From the sequence record SRR31156797_7473: 41,937 bases of DNA, one strand, 5' to 3'. Numbering within the stretch: the stretch's first letter is position 1; the number at the start of each line of letters is the position of its first letter. Below the pieces are notes generated by a model that saw only the letters and a program-made list of their open reading frames with translations, was not told the DNA's origin and ran no database searches. The position numbers and the translations under genes were made by a program. Shown here piece by piece: positions 35,501 through 41,937 of this stretch.

Positions 35501-38500
35501 TGGTCTGCATCTTCGCCAGTCCCACCTTCGCTGCCATCAGCACCGAGGAAGGGTACCGGGCCGCCTTCCAAGCCGACGGTCATGGTGAAGTCTTCGCCAG
35601 TAGGCGGTTCGTTCAGGTTGCCGATGTTGACAGTGATGTCGACATCCTGGCCCACGCCGCCCTGTTCGTCCACGGGGACAACCGTGACAGTGTAGGAGGA
35701 ATTGGTTTCATAATCGAAGCCAGTTTCGCCGCCATGGGCTACCAATGTATTTCCGTCGAAGGAGAACAGGCTCGGATCAGCGGGATCGCCATTGGCATCC
35801 GTAATGCCGGTGATTTGGTAATGGACGGCATGGCCTTCGACATCCGAGGAGCCAAGTTGAGCAACGTTGGAGTCTCCGCCAGTGTTTTCGATAACCGAGA
35901 ACATCGGCAGGCCGCCTTCGTCGTAGGAGGCTACAGATACGTTGTCGATGGCAAATGCTTCAACATCTGTGGGGAAGATCTGATGCCCGAAGATGGTGAA
36001 CCATTCTGTTTCGATGTTTGCAGAGAGGTCCAGAGTCAGATCGCCACTGTCCGGAGCGGGCAGCGTGATTGAGACGTGATGGAGGAAACCGCCGCCGAGG
36101 CCCGGGTAAGTCGTGAGGTTAAAGCTCGTGCCTGCGGAGCCACCAGTGAATGTCTCTGATACAAATGCACTGAGAGGAATCTCAACGGTCTGTCCACCGA
36201 CTTCAATGATGAAGTGATCGGTGTCGTTGTTATTCAGGAAGTTGGGATCCCAGAACCCATGTTCCGCCATGTCGAATTCGATGGTGACGGTGTCTGCGTC
36301 ATGGTCGATCGCAAAGGTCTTGGCTGTTCCTTCACCTTCGCCGAACATGCCGAGGAAGGTGTTGCCGAACATTGTGCCAGTCTCATTGCTGTCCCAACCT
36401 GTTGTGACGCCGTCTTCAAAGTCTTCAACCGGAGCAGTGATGCTGGTGATGACCGGGGCGTCGTTGGAGCCTTCCACCGTCACTGTGATGGTGTGGCTAT
36501 CCGTGCCGTCGTAGGAAGTGACCTGGAAGGTCTCGGTGAATGATTCACCGTCGCCCATAGTCTGAACGACAGGCAGAGTGTTATCGATTTCATAGGTCCA
36601 TTCGCCCAGTTCGTTGATGGAGAATGTGCCTCCCTTGCTCGTTACTTCTGTATCGGGCTGGAAGGTGTCTTCAAGGTCGATCTGGACGGGGGTGCCAGCA
36701 AGGTTGGTGAATGTAGCCGGATCATGTGGATGATGGTCCGGGTCGTCCACGAACAACTGACCACCGGTTTCCAGAGTCTCGACCGCAGGTGTGACTACTA
36801 TGTTGCCGAACTCGTCGAGGACGGTTTCATCGCTGTCAGTGAAGTCGTCGGGATCAGCTGTGCCACTGCCCCATGTTGTGTCGTCATTGGGATCGACAGG
36901 TGCTTCAACCCATTCGGCTTCAGTTACGGTGCCTTGATCTGCACCAGGTTCTACGATGATGGTTGCCTGATCGTTGCTGCCGTGAATCTGGAAGGTCACC
37001 GTGGCAGTGTCGGTGTCAGGGTCGTTGTATGCGTTAGGATCGGTCGACAGAGAAGCGTCTCCATCGGTGATCATGTATGTGAATGTTTCCGTGGCGGAAT
37101 GGCCTTCTGCAAGGGCATTGGCCGCTTCGGTGTCAGCCACGTAGCGGAAGTTGCCTTCATCATCCATGTACAGGCGGCCATAGAGGCCCTGAACAAAGAC
37201 GCCATCAGCAAGGGTGTCGCCGACAGGTGAGAATCCGTCGCCGGGTGTCGGGGCCATGGCTGTATCCATGGCGACTTCACCTTGATCTGGGTCGCCGTCG
37301 TACTTGAGACCGATGACCCTGAGATCAGTCAGATCATTGGGGTTGTCTTCGGTGTCAGGAGCTCCGCCATCACCATAAGCAAACTGATCGGGATCCCAAT
37401 CGTTGGCCAGAACGTTTCCTTCTGCCACGTTTTCGGGCAGTTCGCTGGTTGGGACGCCAAGGAGGTCAGCCAGAAGGACACCAAGGGGGCCGTCAAAGAG
37501 ATGGCAGCCGCCATCGGTCACGTCACTCAGTTCGGTGACCTGGTAGATGCCGTCGTCTTCTGCGACAGGAGTGTCATTGGCCGCGATTACATGCAGAGTA
37601 AATGAAGTAGAGGCTACGCCATCCACGCTGTAGACGCCTTGACCGTCAATTTCTGCCGGGTCGACCGGGTCGGAATTGTCGTCTCTGACCGTGACGGTAA
37701 AGTCGCGATCAGCAGTGTTCGGAGTATCGTCTTCACTGTCGATTTCGAAAGTGAGGCGCTTCATGGCCTGTTCGAACTGATTGAAGCCGGGAGTTCTGCC
37801 GGTCGCAGCTTCCATGAAGATGGTGCCGGTATTGTTATCAATGGTAACAAGGACGCCCTTGAACTGGAAGACAGTAATGCCGTCAGAGTCGTCGCCGTCG
37901 ATGGTCTGAATGCGGGGATGAGGATTCCCGTTAGCCCGCAGGACGTCGAAGCTGAGGATATCGCCTTCATGGCGGACGTCCTGAGTCACGGTGACGGTCA
38001 ATTCAGCACCGATATTGTCTACGTCGGATATCTGGATACCATGTCCACCGAGAATGTCTGTAGCACCAGAGCCAACCGCGTGAGCGCCGTCTTCGACGAA
38101 TTCACCGTCAAAACGAGCGGGGCGGGTGATGGAGACTTCGGGATTGTCATTGTTGCCGTAGATGGTGATGTTCAGTTCGGCTTCATTGCTTTCCACGCCG
38201 TCGTCATAGGAGTTGCGAGCGGTGTAGTAGAATGTTTCGACGAGACTGTCGTCCACGTTCAGAGCATCAACATCCGGGTTTTCGTTGTTCAGGACGTAGT
38301 CATAGCTGCCGTCGGCTCTGATGGTCAGAGTTCCGTATTGGCCGTCAATGGTTACTTCCTGATCTCCGTCATTATAGACATCGGCTTCATTGGTAATAAC
38401 GAGGCCATTGGCTGTCAGTGTGGGCTGTCCTTCGTCGCCGTCAGGAATATCCGGTTCTTCTTCACCCTTGGTGTAGATGCGTGAGACGAATATTTCCGTA

Positions 38501-40953
38501 TCATCAACATCGGTGTCAGCCACGCCGCCGAAGGCATCGCCGTCGATGACGTTGCCGTGGATGGTGTCGGTCTGTTCTATCGGTTCCTGACCTTCGCTGA
38601 AGCGAGCCGTCAGGAATTCATTCATGTCAGTGAGACCAGCACCCCATTCGATGATGGAATTCGTGTCATTGTACGCCACTGGTGCATCGTTTGCGCCATT
38701 CACCGTAAAGGTGAGGTTGGCGTAGTCCATGGCACCGGAATCGTCCATGGTCGCATAAGTGAATTGATCTGTGCCGGGACGATCATAGTTGAGGCTTTCA
38801 AGGTCGGAGTTCTCGTTGTCATCGTCCAGAGTATAGACATACGAGCCGTCAGCGTTGACAGTCAGTGAACCGTAGTGCCCCTGAACTGTGAAGGAACTTT
38901 GTGCCGGTGAGACCTGCGGGAATTCGATAGTGCCACCCAAGTCGTCTTCGACGGTGGGCATGGCGTAATCAAGCTGATTGTCGCTTTCGAGGTAATGAGA
39001 GTAGAGACCCATGACAAAGAGATCGGTCTCTTCACCTGGTTCGTTGACCATGTCGTTGTCATCAACGTCAGAGTCGTTGAGCAGGACGTTGCCAGAAGCA
39101 CCGACTGCAACAGTATAATCGTGCAGTTCGCCGCTGACTTGACCATCACGCACTTCCCATGCGTAGACGCCGCTTTGGCCGACGTTTGAAGTGTCTTCAA
39201 CGTTGACAAAATCACCAGTGCCAGATCCCATGACCAAGCCAAAGTGAGAGCCATCGCCCGCTGTCCAACCAGCAGTAGGATCACTATCATCGTAGCCACT
39301 TTGCCAGGAAACATCATCGTAGCGGTATTCTATGCCGAAGTCGCCGTTGCCGAGGTCGTGTAATCGAATCTGGACGAAGTTACCAGTGTCCCCTTGGCTG
39401 ATGTCAGGGGTGGTAAATGAGCCTACGCCTTCCCATGTGATGGTGACGATGCCATTGTCCGAGTCCACATGGTAGTACATCTTCCCGCCTTCAAGGAAGC
39501 CTGTATTGCTGGGGCTGAGGCTGAAATCGTCGTACTGAATGGCAATGAGAGGGCCGTCTGTGTATGTGGCAATACCATCAGCTACGTATGATGTGTTTTC
39601 ATGGCCAAAAGAGATTAAGCCATTGGTGGAGATGTAAATGTCAGAGGCTGCATCGTAATTAGTGCCATAGAAGTTAAGTCCGTTTGTAAAGACAGCGGAC
39701 AGATCTACCTGAAGGGCTTCGTCGTCATAGCCGGCCAATATTTCTGTGCCATAGCCATCCACGCCGGGAGTCGGGTCAACAAGGTCGCTGCCGGGCTCAA
39801 GAACCATCTGTGAAGTAGAGCTTTCACTCCCTTCGCCGGAAGTTGGGTAGCCATCAGGATACTGATATGCCGTGGAGTCGCCATGCTCAATAGCTTGAAC
39901 ATTGGTGTCTGCTACCGCATAGGGAGCATCATTGCTGCCGTAGACCGTGATTGTCAGCTGAGCTGTGTTACTGACTGCGCTGAGTGAGTCGACGATGGTA
40001 TAGTCGAAAACTTCGTCGAAGGTTTGGCCTTCTTCGAGTTCATCTGCAAGGTCTTCATTTAATGTATATGTATAGTCGCCATTGGGTTCAATGAACAGCG
40101 TTCCATAACGACCTTCGACTGTTTGACCAGCCGGAGGGATGTCAACCGGACCGGGGTTCAGCCCAGCAGAGTCCACGCCATCATAATCAATGGAGTTCAT
40201 GAGCAGTGACTCAATGCCCTGCCCAGGATCGGGGTCAAGGTCATTTGCGATGACATTGCCGCCGACGGGGCCTTGAACCTGGGGAAGTTCGTTGGGGTAG
40301 TTGATATAGAATCCATCGCCTTGTGTGCCCAGAGCAAAGAAATCGCCCTCAGGCGTTTCGCCAGGAGCGCGAGGGCCGTCTTCTGAGTATTCTTCTTCTC
40401 CATATACTGGAGTGACATGTACGGCTGGATCAAAATCAGGATCACCAATTTCAGTGATTTCATTGAAGTCGTCATTGGCAATAGGAGGATTATTACCTTC
40501 GACTTCGGGAATCGCGGCCAGTGCGCGTGTGTCGTAAGCGTCGCCCTGTCCACCGAGCGCATCAATGCCGTCACCCAGTTGGCCAGCGTCATCTGAATAT
40601 GCACCAGCACCGGAGCCACCAGTGGCGCCATCGGCTGCGGTTTCCAGCTCAGTTTCTTCTCCGTCGCCCGTGTCTGCAAAGGCAAACAAATAAACATCGC
40701 CGGCGACCTGTTCGCCATCCATCATTTCGAAGGTAGGCAAGGTGCCAGCGTCTGCGAGCGCCTGGTAATTTTGGAGGATGACCGTTCCACCGCCCTCAAG
40801 AGCGATTTCAAGGTTGCCATTGTTGCCGGTAAAAACGGCTTCAGCTATGTCGAAGTCGAACTTCACCGGAGTATCAGGTGTCAATTGATACGTCTGGGTC
40901 TTTCCTGCACCAGGTAATGAAACCTGCAGCATTTGGGTCTTGGGATCAGCCAT
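29503..40953 (-). CDS. giant T1SS-secreted LapA-like biofilm adhesin (3816 aa): N-terminal retention region, VCBS/Ig/cadherin-like repeats, NIDO-like, DUF4114-like, VWA, RTX-like tail
   Basis: Many GxNDAPVAxDD / GNVLxND / GxYGTLxIxxNGxYTY units, VWA MIDAS DTSGS, C-terminal GTSGDDTL/GGDDTVTLGEGADTI and a highly acidic composition. AGGAGG RBS. Confidence 0.95.
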   Translation of the reverse strand: MADPKTQMLQVSLPGAGKTQTYQLTPDTPVKFDFDIAEAVFTGNNGNLEIALEGGGTVILQNYQALADAGTLPTFEMMDGEQVAGDVYLFAFADTGDGEETELETAADGATGGSGAGAYSDDAGQLGDGIDALGGQGDAYDTRALAAIPEVEGNNPPIANDDFNEITEIGDPDFDPAVHVTPVYGEEEYSEDGPRAPGETPEGDFFALGTQGDGFYINYPNELPQVQGPVGGNVIANDLDPDPGQGIESLLMNSIDYDGVDSAGLNPGPVDIPPAGQTVEGRYGTLFIEPNGDYTYTLNEDLADELEEGQTFDEVFDYTIVDSLSAVSNTAQLTITVYGSNDAPYAVADTNVQAIEHGDSTAYQYPDGYPTSGEGSESSTSQMVLEPGSDLVDPTPGVDGYGTEILAGYDDEALQVDLSAVFTNGLNFYGTNYDAASDIYISTNGLISFGHENTSYVADGIATYTDGPLIAIQYDDFSLSPSNTGFLEGGKMYYHVDSDNGIVTITWEGVGSFTTPDISQGDTGNFVQIRLHDLGNGDFGIEYRYDDVSWQSGYDDSDPTAGWTAGDGSHFGLVMGSGTGDFVNVEDTSNVGQSGVYAWEVRDGQVSGELHDYTVAVGASGNVLLNDSDVDDNDMVNEPGEETDLFVMGLYSHYLESDNQLDYAMPTVEDDLGGTIEFPQVSPAQSSFTVQGHYGSLTVNADGSYVYTLDDDNENSDLESLNYDRPGTDQFTYATMDDSGAMDYANLTFTVNGANDAPVAYNDTNSIIEWGAGLTDMNEFLTARFSEGQEPIEQTDTIHGNVIDGDAFGGVADTDVDDTEIFVSRIYTKGEEEPDIPDGDEGQPTLTANGLVITNEADVYNDGDQEVTIDGQYGTLTIRADGSYDYVLNNENPDVDALNVDDSLVETFYYTARNSYDDGVESNEAELNITIYGNNDNPEVSITRPARFDGEFVEDGAHAVGSGATDILGGHGIQISDVDNIGAELTVTVTQDVRHEGDILSFDVLRANGNPHPRIQTIDGDDSDGITVFQFKGVLVTIDNNTGTIFMEAATGRTPGFNQFEQAMKRLTFEIDSEDDTPNTADRDFTVTVRDDNSDPVDPAEIDGQGVYSVDGVASTSFTLHVIAANDTPVAEDDGIYQVTELSDVTDGGCHLFDGPLGVLLADLLGVPTSELPENVAEGNVLANDWDPDQFAYGDGGAPDTEDNPNDLTDLRVIGLKYDGDPDQGEVAMDTAMAPTPGDGFSPVGDTLADGVFVQGLYGRLYMDDEGNFRYVADTEAANALAEGHSATETFTYMITDGDASLSTDPNAYNDPDTDTATVTFQIHGSNDQATIIVEPGADQGTVTEAEWVEAPVDPNDDTTWGSGTADPDDFTDSDETVLDEFGNIVVTPAVETLETGGQLFVDDPDHHPHDPATFTNLAGTPVQIDLEDTFQPDTEVTSKGGTFSINELGEWTYEIDNTLPVVQTMGDGESFTETFQVTSYDGTDSHTITVTVEGSNDAPVITSITAPVEDFEDGVTTGWDSNETGTMFGNTFLGMFGEGEGTAKTFAIDHDADTVTIEFDMAEHGFWDPNFLNNNDTDHFIIEVGGQTVEIPLSAFVSETFTGGSAGTSFNLTTYPGLGGGFLHHVSITLPAPDSGDLTLDLSANIETEWFTIFGHQIFPTDVEAFAIDNVSVASYDEGGLPMFSVIENTGGDSNVAQLGSSDVEGHAVHYQITGITDANGDPADPSLFSFDGNTLVAHGGETGFDYETNSSYTVTVVPVDEQGGVGQDVDITVNIGNLNEPPTGEDFTMTVGLEGGPVPFLGADGSEGGTGEDADHVSDPEDPSYTGQELDVMITDLPDNGQLVYGPGQTPVTQADVDNGTQFDLNQLSYVPDGDAIDGVLLGSRIAGDATLSQWGVEQPDGSYDLVIDGVTVTTSVTRNGDNAELTQYHEGANHIGFGIADEQGQGLNGTTDDVLTVSFNGAAVSYAEIGFDGLGGYFDPGSDQQAFATWTAFDAAGNVVASGEINNAGGDLFESLILDESLLGEGNSFTRLEFSTVEHGDEDGANWELRYIDAEFTNTDTFDYIPIDSGLPGTDGELVDPAGSSTVTVNILPDAPVNQDPTAVADSESVYEPDTGAFAGMAEVSANVLDNDLDPDNTPGEMSLTQVEFDGTTYDFTGADPITITGVHGTLEIGSNGEYTYTATDETLPEGVNPTETFKYTMTDGDTVDNDPVAQSANLVIQVNGLNDAPVALDDAYDAYEVNDGAIVTLGNVGNASGGGDDYDPDTGETVPGTTPDAIVSFSPVGDLPAGVTLLPNGDVQFDQDNPAYDHLGVEETMDITFQYTANDGDADSNVATVTITVNGANDAPVLDLSAGTVTFEGEEAGYNNILGIYTMADGNPVNPEIILVNVNDPNLDIGDVLTTYGDGATPNYFLVSVGYGATPTGTPEFVWDEANGEWAISFDGGTTTLDARFDNMALNPNDPEHTFDPAELLAGRIGVDDQFLEVEGADDDDFDDVLAEEHDGAAGADHGPVTFTEGGDAVGVTGAVDISDIDSDNMSKVEISFEEQPGDVLSITLPSWASFGPDDGDAGTMTIIGDAPKADWEALLQTLTFENTSQNPLGDDLDTEGTIENLRDLSVTVYDDQGAASNTAHAFVQVIPVNDPPVAVDDLGSASGHYVPGEETPDGPLYTFSANVGNVYQWATGGITHTGIKTDGEGNSLADKAVDNSGPDEALTINFAQSQTAVEFDILTHGSSDPLFEATSGSTTLTTDTSQPTYLIVTPGTGNSYAVTTNDGTPFDSLTLSPEGESDRFSLKGGIELTPADTSSGDMPIVEGNVLANDWDYEDVDYPEGDNPATPALEGSTELTVTGIATGDQDNLPDYTGVDFTPDSGTFDTGDDGEGAFIQGTYGVLEIGANGEYTYTPNPDQTGEVSETFTYQVSDTEGAVDYGLLNVSVTIENAAPVADDDMQNVPEDIPTTLDVLANDSDPDGDPLSIDSFDAVATANADGTGGTVGTVTEVGGELVFTPNADYTGPAYFNYTVTDGGLTDSAQVSLNVTSTNDDPVAVDDLYDDQPGTENDFNVVTEGGTNFESNPVNYLLVVDTSGSMSTNNRIGEARAALNEMLETLQEQINISGGSVKVGLIDFDGNTVTRTYTLTDNPATTEYQDARDFVATFDAQGSTDYQDALSAANTWVTAEANGIDTQVIFMSDGKPNNTGNWQDELATLHSNTNVIGVGIEMGSSNMQYINQINENGNGIDLDDPSDLNGLLQTILTETSTEGTTATGNVLDNDTDADAGDTLSVVSVALGEESSHGAFTALSDVGTGADDADTAVMVGTYGTLTINSDGTYEYTPDQPAADALSTGDTETEAFTYRMTDGQGGYDEATVSFLINGADDAPVAVNDVFAGMELTPGYWQTSTSTVTINDTDFTGSFSGGDYHGTDFTIRGDSSWWPEVVKVNGDDLGISSYGGDDSYIDGKWDEDMIISFDDPQTSVTITLGGTGDGDTPEYSINGGSWHSFSGSQQTFTGNITSIRIGADHNKKDSFYLESLSASRTVTSTAWIAAYMTPNGMNGNVLLNDVDAEDADYVETSGVNTDLVVLGATGTGGYVSLDDTGDGSATSGTIQGEYGNLTLNEDGTFQYNVDPALVNNINGPGVETFEYQIADTDGMTSTATLEFPITVAGDNSVIVGTSGDDTLYDDTGNNVIFGLEGSDDIHLSGGDDTVTLGEGADTITIDPAYIGGNVEVTDFDINAGDQLDLNALGSGNLAITSDSGSTDLILTVEDVSGSNDLVITLNGVVSSHDGITANVDLATDNVNDIIQQIIDSPDNF

Positions 40954-41012
40954 AATGTCCTCCTAAAATAATTTGTATGAGCAGCAAAAAATTAAATCCT
41001 ACTGGTTACTTT

Positions 41013-41043
41013 ATTATATACTGATGAAACCGTTTATAGTCAA
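41013..41043 (-). promoter_or_regulatory. putative sigma70 promoter of the adhesin
   Basis: TTGACT followed by TATATA at 17 nt or a perfect TATAAT at 19 nt. Confidence 0.55.
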
Positions 41044-41170
41044 CGCAGGAAAGGTTCTATAAACCATGCATTTAGCGTGTGGAGAAGCGTGTGTGAACAT
41101 CGTGGATTTCCTTGGAGTGCCGGGAATGTTAAAAACACGATTATTTGATATTTTTCATATTTAAAAAATG

Positions 41171-41194
41171 TTTTCAACAGCTATATGTTGAAAA
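41171..41194. promoter_or_regulatory. perfect 9-6-9 inverted repeat, candidate operator
   Basis: TTTTCAACA-GCTATA-TGTTGAAAA in the AT-rich adhesin upstream region. Confidence 0.45.
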
Positions 41195-41538
41195 AAATAT
41201 TGTCTAGACTTGAGTTATCCCCGGTGCTGAGTGTGAAATAAGTTCCTGTTTTTGCGTTTAAAAATGTAGAAAAGGCGCAAAAAAAACTTTTTTAAAAAAA
41301 ATATCGAATACTATATTGTTGTGGCAGAAGCTTCGCAAAGCGTGCACAAGGCGTTTGTCTTTATAAATGGAGTTATTTAAATAGGTTGCCGTGAAAGGTG
41401 TGGAATAACAGTAGGTTCGTTGCGAGGAGCCTTTTAAAGCTGTTAAGCCAAAAGGTTACGCCGTGGAAAGAACGATAGAAACAAGATCTTAGCTGACGAT
41501 TTGTGGAGCAACTGGCGGGAAAAAAAGCAGTGAGAAAA

Positions 41539-41937
41539 TTATTTGTTTTTCATGGTCCAGACGCCATCCCAGTCGATAGGAGGCGTGTTTTTTAGCTCTC
41601 GGCATTGTGTCAGATAGCGGGCTGCCGGAGGATCTTCGGTGGCAATGGTTTCGAAGTGCGTAGCTGCTGTATCGAAATTGCCTGAATAAAATTGTTTCAG
41701 TCCCAGTGAAAACGTTGCCAACAGCTCCTGCTTGGAAGAATATTCTTGTGGGGTAAGAGGCTCGTAGACGGTCACAGCTTCTTTTTTGCCGACAACACGA
41801 AGGCTGGAGAGTTCCCGGATTGGTATTTCTCCATCCAATTGTTCCAGAGTTGCCTGTGAAATCATGGTGTACGTGTTGAATTGTTTATTGATGGATTCCA
41901 GGCGGGCGGCCAGATTTACCGAGTCGCCGAGCATGGT
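41539..41937 (-). CDS. class III adenylate/guanylate cyclase, C-terminal fragment (5' part outside window)
   Basis: TMLGDSVNLAARLES, RVVGK and a TPR-like tail ending PPIDWDGVW. Confidence 0.88.
   Translation of the reverse strand, partial: TMLGDSVNLAARLESINKQFNTYTMISQATLEQLDGEIPIRELSSLRVVGKKEAVTVYEPLTPQEYSSKQELLATFSLGLKQFYSGNFDTAATHFETIATEDPPAARYLTQCRELKNTPPIDWDGVWTMKNK

Noticed and set aside
29510-40736. Numerous plus-strand ORFs up to 514 aa within the adhesin
   Set aside because: They are Val/Ile-rich antisense artefacts of GAC/GAT/ACC-rich adhesin codons.
40954-41538. c-di-GMP-I riboswitch upstream of the adhesin
   Set aside because: No GGCAAA…GACGCAAA P1/P2 architecture on the sense (minus) strand. 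An Rfam scan would be decisive.

Overview
Chromosomal window of an anaerobic sulfate-reducing deltaproteobacterium (gene content and style resemble Desulfovibrio/Pseudodesulfovibrio; this is inferred, not searched). I found no rRNA, tRNA, CRISPR array or transposase. There are three blocks. (1) 1-5.2 kb, oxyanion/selenium handling: a DASS anion transporter (missed by the ORF track, truncated at the window edge, preceded by a candidate Phe-rich leader peptide), arsC, and a yedE-yedF-DUF3343-ribokinase-like operon. (2) 5.2-17.6 kb: a thiosulfate/polysulfide-reductase-like Mo enzyme with no Tat signal, divergent from its Fe-S subunit, a TauE transporter and a membrane protein. A tightly coupled signalling operon follows: PhnD-like lipoprotein, histidine kinase with a 9-Cys module inserted in its HAMP, stand-alone receiver, PEP-synthase-like dikinase lacking the pyruvate barrel, and a CX5R phosphatase fused to a YkgJ-type Cys cluster. 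The operon has no DNA-binding output and is my best candidate for an undescribed system. (3) After ygiQ, 19.7-41 kb: a complete Lap-type biofilm locus with T1SS ATPase, HlyD and TolC, a LapG protease, a degenerate HD-GYP receptor in place of LapD, and a 3816-aa adhesin with NIDO, DUF4114-like and VWA modules. A 261-aa 'mini-adhesin' lies downstream, built from paralogous copies of one internal adhesin domain and the adhesin's secretion tail. The window ends in the 3' end of a class III nucleotide cyclase. All family assignments come from motif recognition by eye.
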